Position numbers and translations under genes: made by a program. The notes beneath the pieces were generated by a model. The model was not told where the DNA came from and ran no database searches. It saw only the letters and a program-made list of their open reading frames with translations. From a virus, in IMG/VR virus record IMGVR_UViG_3300032799_000664, positions 32,001-96,000 of that record: DNA of 64,000 nucleotides; one strand, written 5' to 3'. Positions 1 to 10,900 of the stretch are shown one piece after another (the stretch's first letter is position 1; the number at the start of each line of letters is the position of its first letter).

Positions 1-239
1 GCGACGCCGAAGGCCCGATGTGCCAAAGGCACGTCGACATGTGAGCCGACGTAGTTGACGAGGATGTCGCCGAAGTCACACGCCTCGTGGGCCAGTTCCT
101 GTTCGTAGAGCGCTTGCTGACGCTCGGGGTTCGCGGTTTGGCCCGGCATGACCTTGACGTCTGCGCTTTTGCTGACCCCAAGAAAATTCTTGGCCAGGTC
201 GTCCATCGTGGGCAGCTTCGTAGGTGGCTTCGTAGTCAT
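1..239 (-). CDS. hypothetical protein, truncated at window edge
   Basis: ATG at 239 overlaps the upstream stop (ATGA); frame MTTKPPTKLPTMDDLAKNFLG... stays open to position 1. Confidence 0.6.
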   Translation of the reverse strand, partial: MTTKPPTKLPTMDDLAKNFLGVSKSADVKVMPGQTANPERQQALYEQELAHEACDFGDILVNYVGSHVDVPLAHRAFGV

Positions 240-760
240 GGAGTCCTCTTCGCGGCTTCACGCCGCTTCCACGCTTCCTGCAGGCTCTGTTGCGCCGTAT
301 CCCAGTTGATGCCGCGCAGGAGATTGACGATGGGCTGGCAGCGCTTCACACATCGCCGCATGTAAAGGACGCATACCGAGGCGTAGCGATGATCACCCCG
401 CTTGGCACAGCGCACCGACGTACTCAGCACGCGCAGTAGAGCGTCCTCGGCGCGCTGCCGTACCGCTGCTGACACTGCGAACGGCGCGTGGTAGGCGCAG
501 TAGAACTTCAGCAGTTCAGCTTCGACCTCATGCAGTCGTTGGTCAGTGGCTTCGACTTCACCGGCGTCGTTGAACGGGCGCTGGTACTCGACCGTCGCCG
601 CCGGGAGTCCGCAGGTATCGCAGTGCGGACTCAGAACTTCGAGCTCGAAGTCCGTCAGGGGACGCGCAGGGAAACGTAGCCCTACCCAGGCGTAGGCAGC
701 TTCTGCTGGGTGCGCTTCCGCGCCACCAGGTCCTCGTTGGTTGGACGAACGAACGGGCAT
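236..760 (-). CDS. hypothetical protein with CxxC motif (start uncertain)
   Basis: C-terminal part of ORF 236..994 looks protein-like (HCDTCG, FYCAYH) and fills the gap between neighbours. Confidence 0.45.
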   Translation of the reverse strand: MPVRSSNQRGPGGAEAHPAEAAYAWVGLRFPARPLTDFELEVLSPHCDTCGLPAATVEYQRPFNDAGEVEATDQRLHEVEAELLKFYCAYHAPFAVSAAVRQRAEDALLRVLSTSVRCAKRGDHRYASVCVLYMRRCVKRCQPIVNLLRGINWDTAQQSLQEAWKRREAAKRTP

Positions 761-969
761 GCGCTCACGACCTGTCCCTTCTTGACGATGAACGGTTTCG
801 CCAGCGCTTTCGATGCTACGCGCTCGACTCCCAGCGGAAAGACCTGGCCCGGTCCCTCCTGGAACGGATAGACCGAGCGTTTTGCACACCAGCCCATCTC
901 GGTATCCTTCCCTCCGGAGCCCAACAGCGGATCGTAGAAGGCGCAACGGCCACACGGCGTGTCGTTCAT
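682..969 (-). CDS. small Cys-containing hypothetical protein
   Basis: 95 aa ORF MNDTPCGRCAFY..., AGGAG upstream of start. Confidence 0.6.
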   Translation of the reverse strand: MNDTPCGRCAFYDPLLGSGGKDTEMGWCAKRSVYPFQEGPGQVFPLGVERVASKALAKPFIVKKGQVVSACPFVRPTNEDLVARKRTQQKLPTPG

Positions 970-1009
970 CGGAGACTCCTTGGTTCGGTTGCATGATGTA
1001 TAGCTCAGG

Positions 1010-1498
1010 TTACGGAAGCAATGGCCTCAAGCCTAACTCGGCGAGCCGGTCTTTGAAGAGGCGATCACGCCGGCATTCCTGGAGCAGGGCTTGCACCAAT
1101 CGGCGAAAGCCATCAGCAGAGCCTTGCGCAGTGGAGCACCACAACACGCGCTCAGCATCGAACAACACGAAACCCAGTGGCTTGGCTTCAGCCCGGGTCG
1201 CCTGGGTGAAGCCAGCTTCGCGGAGCACCTGGTCAACGGCCGGGTTCTGGGCTACGCGTAGCAGTACGTGCACCGCGGCGTCTGCGTTGATGGCGTCGAG
1301 CACCAATAGGGTATAGTCCTGCCCTGGTGCCCGCAGCATGAATGGTACGGCCTGCTTCAGATCTTGATCGAGCGGGTGATCACTGGACGCGGTGCCGATA
1401 ACGACTTCATCAGCGTTGGCGGGTTCTTCACGAACCGGTCGCCGCTTCCACGGATCCGATTGTCCCGGCGGAATCTTCGGTTTTGCTTTCCGCGCCAT
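1010..1498 (-). CDS. hypothetical protein
   Basis: 162 aa ORF packed in the minus-strand operon. Confidence 0.65.
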   Translation of the reverse strand: MARKAKPKIPPGQSDPWKRRPVREEPANADEVVIGTASSDHPLDQDLKQAVPFMLRAPGQDYTLLVLDAINADAAVHVLLRVAQNPAVDQVLREAGFTQATRAEAKPLGFVLFDAERVLWCSTAQGSADGFRRLVQALLQECRRDRLFKDRLAELGLRPLLP

Positions 1499-1500
1499 GC

Positions 1501-1764
1501 TTATCCCGGGATGGTGAGCTTTGCCGCCCGGCGACCGGTGAGCTGAGGGTCTTCACAATCGACGTGGACGAACTCCAGGTCGGTCCCCAGCATGATGCCG
1601 CGTTCGGTGATGCGCGTCGGATTGTAGGCGTGAGGATCGATCAGGATGTACGCACCCATGACCCGATCACCTACGTGAAACTTGCGCCGACAGCGTGCAC
1701 AGGTATCGTCGGGAACACGCTTCTGCACTAGCTGTTCTTCGGCGGGCGTCAGTCCCATTCCCAA
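1501..1764 (-). CDS. small Zn-finger-like hypothetical protein
   Basis: CARC...HVDC motifs; abuts neighbours. Confidence 0.6.
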   Translation of the reverse strand: MGMGLTPAEEQLVQKRVPDDTCARCRRKFHVGDRVMGAYILIDPHAYNPTRITERGIMLGTDLEFVHVDCEDPQLTGRRAAKLTIPG

Positions 1765-2420
1765 CCTCCACCTACGATCTTACGGCGACAAGACAGGATC
1801 GCCGAGACGGGACCATAGCTGCGCCGATGGTACGGCGTCACGCCGAAGCGACGCAAGGCCGTCAGATGCGTCTCCGTAGGGTAGCCATGATTCCGGTTCC
1901 AGCCGTACTGCGGGAACTCCAGGTGTAGTCGCTGGATGGCTTCGAGCTGCGCACTCTTGGCTAACACGGATGCCGCGCTGACTTGCCAGACGGTGACGTC
2001 AGCACGTGGAATCGCGTCGTATTCGAAGTTGCACTCGCCGAACCGAACATGGCCATCGACAATGACTCTGTAGGCAACGGTGTCGCTGTGCAGAAAGCGC
2101 AACCGTTCCAACAGCCGCCTGACCACCATCTGCAACGCCTGGAACTTCGCTTGCTCTGGCCCCTGCCCATCGATAGTCGGTGCTGAGATGCGTTGAATCT
2201 CGTAGCCACAACAGTCGCCGGCCACCGTCTGTGCCATTGGCACGAGCAGCTCGTCCGGCAACTTCTTTGAATCCTTCACCGGCACGAGTCGACCTTTGGG
2301 CGTAGTGACCGTCGGTCGAGCTTGACCTTCGCGGAAAGCTACGGCGGCGGCGACGAGCGGGCCAGCGATGCAGCCATAGCCCGCCTCGTCGACGCCGATG
2401 ATGAAGCGCGGCAGATCCAC
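1749..2420 (-). CDS. rnhB: ribonuclease HII
   Basis: IGVDEAGYGCIAGPLVAAAV, DSKKL, VDG, SAASVLAK, HGYPT and HRRSY motifs. Confidence 0.93.
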   Translation of the reverse strand: MDLPRFIIGVDEAGYGCIAGPLVAAAVAFREGQARPTVTTPKGRLVPVKDSKKLPDELLVPMAQTVAGDCCGYEIQRISAPTIDGQGPEQAKFQALQMVVRRLLERLRFLHSDTVAYRVIVDGHVRFGECNFEYDAIPRADVTVWQVSAASVLAKSAQLEAIQRLHLEFPQYGWNRNHGYPTETHLTALRRFGVTPYHRRSYGPVSAILSCRRKIVGGGWEWD

Positions 2421-2887
2421 TACGCGCTCTTCCCCCGCTTCTTCGACGCCGGCTTCTTCGGCGTCTTCTTCGCCGCCACCGGCTTGGCGGGGATCTTGTA
2501 GCTCCGCCCACAGCAGCTGCGGCGGTCACCAGGCATGCCCACGAGGCGTGCGTGGCACGAGTTGCAGACGATGACGCGGGAACCCTTCGGACGTGGCATT
2601 GCTCTCTCCTTGGCCAGACGGACCAGCACCGGCGGGAAGCGCACAGGTGCGATAGCGAGTAGTTTGGGAAGCGTCAGCTTGAACGCCAGCGCTAACTGGT
2701 AGAGCTGGGCGTAGGTTGCCAGGCTGTGGCCGTACTCGATCGCTGCGTACTGCGATCGTGAGCAGATCATCTGTACGGCCACCTGGCGTTGACTCCAGCC
2801 CCGTCGCAAGCGGAGCTTGCGCAGACCTTTCGCCCAGAGGCGATAGGCCGCCCAGGCGGCATTCCAAGCGCGCTTCTTGTAGTTCAT
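2420..2887 (-). CDS. XRE-family HTH regulator with C-terminal Cys cluster and basic tail
   Basis: LRKLRLRRGWSQRQVA...SRSQYAAIEYG HTH signature; CNSC...CCG. Confidence 0.75.
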   Translation of the reverse strand: MNYKKRAWNAAWAAYRLWAKGLRKLRLRRGWSQRQVAVQMICSRSQYAAIEYGHSLATYAQLYQLALAFKLTLPKLLAIAPVRFPPVLVRLAKERAMPRPKGSRVIVCNSCHARLVGMPGDRRSCCGRSYKIPAKPVAAKKTPKKPASKKRGKSA

Positions 2888-2893
2888 GCGTAC

Positions 2894-4966
2894 CTATGCC
2901 GCTGCTCGCAGCATCTTGAAGTACTCGAACACCAACTCGCGCCGGGGCGACCAGTTGGGGAATGGCAGTGACTTCACCAGCTGGTAGCCATAACCGCGCC
3001 ACAGCTTCTTCGTGCCGATGTCCTGTGGATCGATCTCGCGATTGCCTCCGACCCAGATACGCACGTCGAGGATAGCCACCACGCCCCGGTCATCTCGAGT
3101 GCGTACCAACCGCCCGGCGGCTTGCTGGACGTCCTGCTGCATCTGCGGGTAGCTCCAGCCCGCGAACCAACCGCTACCCAGGCGTTCGCTCTTGGCCTTA
3201 GTCAGCGGGTCATCCGGTGACGGGAACGGCAGCTTGGGGATGATGACCAGCGACAGTTTCTCGCCCTGGACATCGATGCCCTCGAAGAACGACTTCGAGC
3301 CGAAGAGCACGGCGCGGTCGGTGTGCATGAACTCGTCGAAGACTTCCGGCGCGCGGCGACCGTCACCTTGCGCCAGCAGCGGGTACTCGAGTTCGTACTC
3401 GGTGTCGACGATGCGCCGGATTTCACGCAGGTCGTTCATGGACGAGAAGAGCACCAGTGCGTTGCCCCCTGAAGCACGTACCAGCTGCACTACTTCGTCA
3501 GCTATGGCGTTGTGCCACTTGGGGTCGTCGGGACGTGGCAGATGCTTCGGCAGGTACACTAGCGAACGCTGATAGGGGAACGGCGAAGGTACGCGCACCT
3601 CGTGCTTCGGTTGAAGTCCCAACTCCGCAGCCAGGGCTTCTGTGCTGAGTGTGGCACTGGTGAACAGCACCTTGTTGATACCGGCGAACTTGGGACCAAC
3701 CAGTGGTGCCAGATTCACGGGTTGCCGGAGGATTCGCTTGCGCCCGGTGTTCGTGTCCTCTTGCGAGAGGATGTAGTTGTCGTCGGTTTCGTAGCTATCG
3801 AGAATGGTACGCCGCTTCTCGAAGAGCTTGTCGAGCTGCTTGGTGACCGCGTAGAAGTCATGCAGCGGTGCGGCGTCGCCGTGGTCCCGCTTGTTGAGCA
3901 GATCGATCTGGATAGCTTCGAGATCGACTTCTCCGTCATCTTGTACATGACCCCAACGCGAAGCCATGTAGTCATGCAGCTTGGCCTTCAGCGTCGCCAG
4001 ATCGACCAGGACGGTTTGTCCCGCGGCACCGAGGACACCCACCGGCAGCATCTTCGTCGCGGGCAACTGGGCGAACATCGTAGCCCAGTGATCCTCGATA
4101 GCATCGCGTTCCTTGTCAGCGAGATGCATCACCGCGTCGCGCTGCAACCGATTGATGTAGGAGCGCAGCCAGGTCTCGCTGAGGTCTTGTGAGAAAGCAT
4201 TGCGGATGAACCCCGGCGCGACGTGCGCTTCATCGACCACGAGGATGGTGAACGGACCGATGACTGCCGGTCCGTAGCGGAGCGCATAGCCGAGCAGTGC
4301 GTGGTTGACGACCACGACGTCAACGCCAGGAAGTTCATCGCGACGCCGGCGGTAGCCGCACAACCCTTTGGCACCGTAGCTGCACTTCACGCACTCTTCA
4401 GCGGTGCACGTCGAAGCGGGGAACTCCAGCTGACCCGGAAACGCGTCCAGGTCACCGGTGTGTGACCGGTCAGCCGCCCAGGCCGTCAGCGCACGATGCA
4501 GCTTCTCCTGCCCTTGGGCACGGAAGAGCCCTTCGTTCTTCTCGAGCATGTAGCGACAGACGTAGTTGCTCTTCCCCTTCATGGTGACGAACTGCTTGGG
4601 ACGACCGAGGATACGTTGCAGGAAGGGCAGATCCTTGTTGGCCAGCTGGTCCTGCAGGCTCTTCTTGCCGGTGGCGATGACGATGCGCGTCGGTCGCAGC
4701 ACGGCCGGCACGCCATAGGCGAACGTCTTGCCGATGCCACAGCCGGCCTGGAATACCCCACAAGAGTTGCCAGGTTCGTCCAGCATCTCCTCGAAGGCGC
4801 GAGCGTACTCGACCTGGCCGGGGCGAAGCTCGGCTACCAGTCCCAGCTCAGGTCGACTGAGCAGTTCGATGGCGTCGGGCTGGGCCGGACTGCCACAGCT
4901 CGCACAACGCCCTTCGTTCTGCGCCGCCAGTTCGGCGGGAGTTTCATAGCCGCAGGTACACTTCAC
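2894..4966 (-). CDS. dinG: DinG/YoaA-family ATP-dependent helicase
   Basis: AGCGIGKT Walker A, KGKSNYVC Fe-S region, DEAH, TSATL, FFEGIDVQG, QAAGRLVR; GTG start at 4966 chosen from the GGAG RBS. Confidence 0.9.
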   Translation of the reverse strand: MKCTCGYETPAELAAQNEGRCASCGSPAQPDAIELLSRPELGLVAELRPGQVEYARAFEEMLDEPGNSCGVFQAGCGIGKTFAYGVPAVLRPTRIVIATGKKSLQDQLANKDLPFLQRILGRPKQFVTMKGKSNYVCRYMLEKNEGLFRAQGQEKLHRALTAWAADRSHTGDLDAFPGQLEFPASTCTAEECVKCSYGAKGLCGYRRRRDELPGVDVVVVNHALLGYALRYGPAVIGPFTILVVDEAHVAPGFIRNAFSQDLSETWLRSYINRLQRDAVMHLADKERDAIEDHWATMFAQLPATKMLPVGVLGAAGQTVLVDLATLKAKLHDYMASRWGHVQDDGEVDLEAIQIDLLNKRDHGDAAPLHDFYAVTKQLDKLFEKRRTILDSYETDDNYILSQEDTNTGRKRILRQPVNLAPLVGPKFAGINKVLFTSATLSTEALAAELGLQPKHEVRVPSPFPYQRSLVYLPKHLPRPDDPKWHNAIADEVVQLVRASGGNALVLFSSMNDLREIRRIVDTEYELEYPLLAQGDGRRAPEVFDEFMHTDRAVLFGSKSFFEGIDVQGEKLSLVIIPKLPFPSPDDPLTKAKSERLGSGWFAGWSYPQMQQDVQQAAGRLVRTRDDRGVVAILDVRIWVGGNREIDPQDIGTKKLWRGYGYQLVKSLPFPNWSPRRELVFEYFKMLRAAA

Positions 4967-5010
4967 AGGAAGCTCCTGGTGTTGTTTATGCCATGAGCAA
5001 CGGGAGAAAA

Positions 5011-5586
5011 TCAACCACGAAGAAGTAAATACGACTTCCGCGCCACTTCTAGGCCGTATAGCAAGCTGCGCGCCGCCCACTCACCGGAGCGGATGGCATA
5101 GGCAGGATGGTAGGCTGGAACGACGGTGAAGCCTTGTGGATGTATGAACGCGTGGTTCACTTCGTTCTTCACGCGCAGCTTCTCGATGATGTCCCAGGTG
5201 TAACCCTTGAACCAGCCGATGCTGTATCGCCCGAGCGCTACCACCACGAGCGGCGGATGTTCGCGCAGCTGTCGGTCCAGCCAAGGACAGGTCTTCGTCG
5301 AGATTTCATCGGGGGTGAGGATCTTCTCTCGATCGAGCGGATCGCGCCGCACGCACTGCACGGTGTTCATGATGAACGCGGCGGGCGGCGGCACCTGCGC
5401 CTTGATGAGCAAGGCGTCCAGCAAACGACCGGAGCGCCCGACGAAGGCCCGCCCCTCTTCGTCTTCGTCCTTGCCGGGCATCTCCCCGACGATGAGGAAC
5501 TGACTCTTCTCGTTGCCCCGTCCGAGCGCGACGTTCTTGCGCTGCTCATGCAGGGAGCAGAGGGTGCAGTAGCGCAGCGCGTTCAC
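5011..5586 (-). CDS. udg: uracil-DNA glycosylase, family 4
   Basis: CTLC, IVGEMPGKDED..GRAFVGRSG, NTVQC, YHPAY. Confidence 0.9.
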   Translation of the reverse strand: MNALRYCTLCSLHEQRKNVALGRGNEKSQFLIVGEMPGKDEDEEGRAFVGRSGRLLDALLIKAQVPPPAAFIMNTVQCVRRDPLDREKILTPDEISTKTCPWLDRQLREHPPLVVVALGRYSIGWFKGYTWDIIEKLRVKNEVNHAFIHPQGFTVVPAYHPAYAIRSGEWAARSLLYGLEVARKSYLLLRG

Positions 5587-5837
5587 AGATCGCGCGCCTT
5601 TGCCCCGAGTGCCTCGAGAACCCGGTCCAGCTCGTCACGGCCGTTGGCGATGGCGTGGATGGCCTGCGCCAGCTGGTTCTCGTCGGTGCCGTCTTCGTCG
5701 TACGTCTCGATGATTTCGAAGGCGACGAAGCGTGCCAGACTGTCGCCGTGGTTCTTCTCCGGTTCGTTGAAGTACTGACGTACGAAACTGTCGGGGTACG
5801 CCTGGTCGGCGATGTCGATGAGTTCCTCGAGCTTCAT
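5583..5837 (-). CDS. hypothetical protein
   Basis: 84 aa acidic ORF overlapping both neighbours by 4 nt. Confidence 0.65.
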   Translation of the reverse strand: MKLEELIDIADQAYPDSFVRQYFNEPEKNHGDSLARFVAFEIIETYDEDGTDENQLAQAIHAIANGRDELDRVLEALGAKARDL

Positions 5838-6094
5838 TCGCTGTCCTCTTCCTTGAGCAGGTCGGGGTTGTCGCGGGCCGCGACGAGCGCATCGGCGAAG
5901 CCTTGCTTGTAGGCGCAGCCGGCGCAGACGTGCCGGAGTCGACCTTTCTGATTGGCGGGCAGGGTGGCAACAGTGCGCGGCACATCCGTATGCCGCTTGT
6001 CGCAGATGGTCGTGACGCCCCGCTGCGCCACCAGCAGGCAGTCGTCAGAGATGTGCGCCACCAGGCGCGGACCTAGTCGGGAACCATTGGCCAT
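5834..6094 (-). CDS. hypothetical protein
   Basis: MANGSRLG... with RHVCAGCAY motif; GGAG upstream. Confidence 0.6.
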   Translation of the reverse strand: MANGSRLGPRLVAHISDDCLLVAQRGVTTICDKRHTDVPRTVATLPANQKGRLRHVCAGCAYKQGFADALVAARDNPDLLKEEDSE

Positions 6095-6105
6095 GTGGAG
6101 CTCCT

Positions 6106-6684
6106 TCAGCTGTTCGGGGGATTCTGTTGCGCGAGAAGACGCGTTGGACGCGGCGAAGGAACGGGCAGTGGCGGCAAGCCGCCGAGGGTACGGAAGCGAT
6201 TCGTATGTTGCGTCACCATCATGACGAAGACTCGGACCCGCGCCTTGCAATTGCCGGTGTTGTAGGCCGACAACATGCGATCGGCGCCACACGTACGCCG
6301 TAGGTGCGCCAGGAGCTCAGCTGCGGCCGGGATCGCTTTCTCCGGATTGAGCGCGTCTTGCAACGTGAACGCGCGACATACCTTACGCAGGCACCGAACA
6401 TTGCGTACGCCGACGCGACCGCCGACTGTGAGCTGAGCGATCCCGGCGGCACCCTTCGGGTTGATCTTCCGCGGCTGAAAGCCGGATTCGTAGAAGAGCA
6501 GCCCCTTAAAGATGAAGGGATTGAGATCCCAGGTACGCGCTGCATCCAGGATGAGCACATCGTAACGGTCGGTCTGCGTGAGCCGGAAGGCGCGTTGCTC
6601 GAATGGTTCAGCGGAGATGACTTCCGTCGGCAACGGCGACGACAGGCGCAACAAGACTGTGAGCAGTTGGATGAGCTGTTGCAT
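6106..6684 (-). CDS. lytic transglycosylase (SLT domain)
   Basis: YESGF.P...GAAGIAQL and LSAYNTG motifs; hydrophobic N-terminus. Confidence 0.85.
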   Translation of the reverse strand: MQQLIQLLTVLLRLSSPLPTEVISAEPFEQRAFRLTQTDRYDVLILDAARTWDLNPFIFKGLLFYESGFQPRKINPKGAAGIAQLTVGGRVGVRNVRCLRKVCRAFTLQDALNPEKAIPAAAELLAHLRRTCGADRMLSAYNTGNCKARVRVFVMMVTQHTNRFRTLGGLPPLPVPSPRPTRLLAQQNPPNS

Positions 6685-6748
6685 TCGTCCTCGGTCCCCC
6701 GGTACAGTGCGGTGTAGGTGTCCGTCTTCGCTGCTATGCTGAAGGCGT

Positions 6749-6763
6749 CTTTACGCCGTAAAG
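6749..6763. promoter_or_regulatory. palindrome CTTTAC-GCC-GTAAAG (site 1) in divergent intergenic region
   Basis: TCTTTACGCCGTAAAGA; motif recurs 8 times in the window. Confidence 0.7.
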
Positions 6764-6818
6764 ATGCGAGGGACCGTGACACTCAAGCTCATACCACAAA
6801 ACGGAGGACTCACACAAC

Positions 6819-7511
6819 ATGACAACGCCAGCATCCACACCCACACGCCCCAAGCTCGGTGATTACGTCCGCCCCGGTGATCAACCGCAGAAAGCGAAGA
6901 GCGCAGACGTCGCACCGAAGCCTGCGGAAACGCCACCACCGGCCACGACCGACGAAGACACAACGCAACTGCCCCCTGAAGCCGCGAAGCAGGAACAGGA
7001 AACGAAAAGCCGACTGTCACTCTACGAGGATATGAGTCAGGCGTTGCTGCCGGTGAAGGACTACGCCAAGTTCCTCGAGGAACAGAAGATCGAACAGTCC
7101 AAGGCGGCGGAGATCGTCGACGATCTGCTCACCAAGGGCTATCACGAAGAAGAGTACCCGCTGACGAAGCGCACCAACGTCGTCCTGCGCACGCGAGAGC
7201 ACCTCGACACGCTGCGCCTGCACGCCGCCATCCAAGCTCAGCAGCCGGTCTACCAGGATGTGCAGCAGGAGATCGTCATCCGCTACAACCTGGCCGCGTC
7301 GCTCGCTGCTATCACCGGACCCAACGGACGCCGCTTTTCATTCAGCACCACCGAGACTGAAGAGAAAGAAGCGCACAAGTTCTTCGATGAGCGGCTGCGC
7401 TACATCGAGCGCATGCCCGGAGCGCTGTTCGCCAAGATCAGCATCAAGCTGGCTGAATTCGACCGGCTCATCTTGGCGGTCATGCGTGAAGGAGTCGCCG
7501 AGCATTTCTAG
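6819..7511 (+). CDS. probable tail assembly chaperone (gpG-like)
   Basis: GGAGG RBS; lies two ORFs before the tape-measure-like gene; ends CAT TTC TAG. Confidence 0.55.
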   Translation: MTTPASTPTRPKLGDYVRPGDQPQKAKSADVAPKPAETPPPATTDEDTTQLPPEAAKQEQETKSRLSLYEDMSQALLPVKDYAKFLEEQKIEQSKAAEIVDDLLTKGYHEEEYPLTKRTNVVLRTREHLDTLRLHAAIQAQQPVYQDVQQEIVIRYNLAASLAAITGPNGRRFSFSTTETEEKEAHKFFDERLRYIERMPGALFAKISIKLAEFDRLILAVMREGVAEHF

Positions 7512-7975
7512 CCCAGCCGTGGGGCTACGCACGGGCGTCCCTCCGCGCTCGGGGCCTCCCGTTGCCGCCTCGCGGCTCAGTGCAGGATCGCATCCTGCAA
7601 GAGACGATTGAGCGCGAGCGCATCGCGTCGTACTACACGACGGTGCACACGGGACGCATGCTGGTGGGGGTTCTGCGAGGGACCGATCTGCGTTTCGTTG
7701 GTCGGTTGGAGGAGGAGCTTGCGCTCGCCATCTTCGGGACCATCTTCAACCCGGAGGAGATCGAACGGCGGCTGCAAGACCTGCAACGAGAATCGCGGAT
7801 GCGACGCGAAGTGGCGCTGCGCGACGCCCGGCTGCTCGAGCGGGTTGCTTCCTTTACGGAGGAGGAGGACAATACGGAACAGCAGCGACGTGCTGCCGCC
7901 TTCGAACAACGGCTCCAAGCCCGTCGTCGAGCTGCCCGCAAGGGGATCGACAAGCCCTGGCAGAAGGATGAGTAG
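7505..7975 (+). CDS. probable -1 frameshift extension of the tail chaperone (gpGT-like)
   Basis: -1 frame open from 7490 to 7975, lacks a good RBS/ATG, ends just before the tape measure. Confidence 0.5.
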   Translation, partial: FLAQPWGYARASLRARGLPLPPRGSVQDRILQETIERERIASYYTTVHTGRMLVGVLRGTDLRFVGRLEEELALAIFGTIFNPEEIERRLQDLQRESRMRREVALRDARLLERVASFTEEEDNTEQQRRAAAFEQRLQARRRAARKGIDKPWQKDE

Positions 7976-7978
7976 ACA

Positions 7979-10900
7979 GTGGCCGACGCGACCCAGAACC
8001 TGCGCGACATCATCTCCGGGTTCAACAGCATGGCTGCCCAGGTCGGGTTGCTGCCTACTCCCGGCGGTGCTCAAGGCTTCGGTGGACCAGTATCCCAAGC
8101 GTTCCAGCAGACGCCGACCAAGCACCCCGGTCAGGTCGCCCAGGAGATGGCTGACCAGATCCGGTCACAGGTTCAGGTAGCGCAGCAACACAGCCAGGTA
8201 CAGAACCAGTTCGCCGCAGACTTCTCGCAACGACTCCAGCAGATCCAGCAGAACTACCTGCCGCCCCAGATAGCGCAGTACATGGCACAGACGCAAGGGC
8301 GCGGCACGCCCACCATGGGCATGCCAGGTCCCGGCGGCATCCCCAGCCCCATCTACCAGACCCCGGCGGCGATGGCGATGTACCGGCCGGGACTGCCGGC
8401 GAATCAGCTCTTTGCTCCGGGTGGCTTGATGCAGCCCCAGGTTCCACCCGCGGGTTTCAACGCGCCCATGCCGGCGCCGTTCATCCCGCAGCCGTACATG
8501 CCGCTCTTCCCCGGTGGTCCACAGCTGGGTGGCATGCTGCCGCAGATCTTCGGTGGTCAGGCACCGATTGGTCGCTTCGGTGAACCCTGGGCACGCGAAC
8601 AGATGCAGCAGGAGACCATGGGGAACCGCGCCTTCGCTCAGGCGATGGCGGTGACCCCGACGCTCGCCGGTACGATCCCAGGCGCGCTCGGTGGCGCAGC
8701 TCTGGGAGCACGCATCGGTGCTCGCGGTGGTCTAGGCGGCGCGCTCATCGGCGGTGGCATTGGTCTAGTTGGCGGTGGTGTTGGTGGCGCCTTCGCAGCA
8801 GAGCCGCTGGGTCTGACCCGCATCGGTGAAGCTGCGATCGATCCCGCGGTTCGGCAACGCGCCTACGGTCAACAGCTCGAGGAGATGACGCGGCAGTTCG
8901 TAGTCACCGGACCGCAGTTGCATCCGCTGGGACGCGGCTTGACTCAGCGTGCTGCGGTGCAGACCGCCGGCCAGATGCAGCGCATGGTTGAGGGCGGTGA
9001 GATGAGCGAGTTCAACATGCGCGACGTCATGCGCATCACGAACATCGCGGGACAGCGCGGCATGCTCGACATGGCGCAATCAGGTGAGCAGATCTCCGGC
9101 CAGGTGCGCAACATCGCTCGGGCCGTGCGCCAGTTCATGATGATCGTCGAGTCGCCCGACGTGCAGCAAGCCATGCAATCGATGGCCAGCATGCGCGCGA
9201 TGGGACTCTCCATCCCTGAAACGATGGTCGCAGCCCGCAACGCGCAGATGTTCTCGCGCATGGCCGGAACTACGCCGCAAGCACTGATGGACACGGCAGG
9301 CCGGCACGGCGGCATGATGTTCCAGCAGGCCGGGCTCACAGCCGGTCTTGGGGCACAGGCCGGCATGGGCGCCTACGGCATGGCACGGCAAGCGGAAGCC
9401 GTCGGCGCCTACACCCCGCAGCAACTCGCACTCGCCGGTGGTCGCCAGGGCCTAGCCCAGACGATGATGGAAGGCCAAGCGGCGATGCTCAACATGCGCT
9501 ACCCGCTCATGTCGATGCTGACCCGCGGGGCCAAGGGCGAACTGACGATTGATCAGGAACGCATGGAGGCGCTGCAGTCCGGCCGCGTCTCGTTGTCTCA
9601 GCAAGCCTCCGGAGCTGCAACGAACATCTCACGGCTCGCGCAGATGGGCGGCGTTTCGCAGGAGCGGGTGATCTCCGAGTTCACTTCACGACAGCGCGAG
9701 CTGGCTGACGAGATGGGGCGGCGCCTGGGACCGATGGGCATGCAGATGATGCTCATCCGCCAGGGCATGAACGTGCAGCGCGAGTTCGGCGGCAATATCG
9801 GCCTCGGTTCTGCCTTGCAACAGTTGGGAATGGGTGCCCAGCAAGCGCGCGACCTCGAGCTCATGGCGGGGAACCGCGACGTCTGGCGAGCTGCAGCGCA
9901 GCAGGTTCGAGCTGACATCCCGCGCATGCGGCAGGAAGAGATGGAGCGTCGTCAGGGCGTCATCGACGCTGGCGCCGCAGCGACGCGGCGTGAGATGTTC
10001 CGTCCCGTCTACGAAGCTGGTGAACGTCTGGGACGTGTTGGTGGCGGTCTCAACGAGATGGCGCGTGGTTGGCGCACTGACGTCGCCTCATGGTGGACCG
10101 GTGGTGAACGTACAGCCACGGGTGCACAGGTAGTGCGGCCATCCGAGCGGCTGTCCATTGAAGATCAAGGCACTCAGCGTGCTCTCGAGCGCGGCATGAT
10201 GACCGACGAAGGTTACAGTCGCGCTCGCGGTGCTGCGCGGGGTCTTCGTCCTACCCGTGGTGATACACCGCTTACTGTTCGGGAAGAGATCTCAAGCGTC
10301 TACGGTGGCTTGAAAGACGTGCTTCCGCTGGCCGTTGGGGGTGGCTGGGGTAAGGCCATCGCCACTGGTGTCGGTGTATCGCTACTCCCTGAAGCCTCTG
10401 CGGCACAGCAGTCCAACGTGGCACAGTGGGCTAAGGCACGTGGTGGTACCTGGGGACAGGTCGCTGACTACGCTCCCTGGGCGGCCAACATGTTCGCCGC
10501 GGGTGGTCGTGGGAATCGTTGGTGGATGGGCGGTGGTATCAGCGCTGCCGGTAGCCTCATCGAAGAAGCTCGCGGTGAACCATTCGCTGATCAATTGCGG
10601 CGTGAAGCTGAAGATGTGACCAAGCTCGGCGCAGGCATCTCCAAAGGCGTAGGGATGGGCGCCACAGAGATGGCGCGTGCTGAGCAAGCCCAGATAGAAG
10701 GTCTTCGCGCAGGTGCGCGAGGTGGTGCGGGTGGCGGTGAGGTGAACGTCGACACCATGACTTCCATTGTGCAGCGGATGAGCGGTACGATCGCTGCGCG
10801 AGAACGCCTCGGGAAGGTTCAGGGGCTGGGCGCGATCATCCCCTTCGGGGGACGTGCAAAGACCTTGGGTGAAGACGAAGCCAAGCGGCACTTCATCGCT

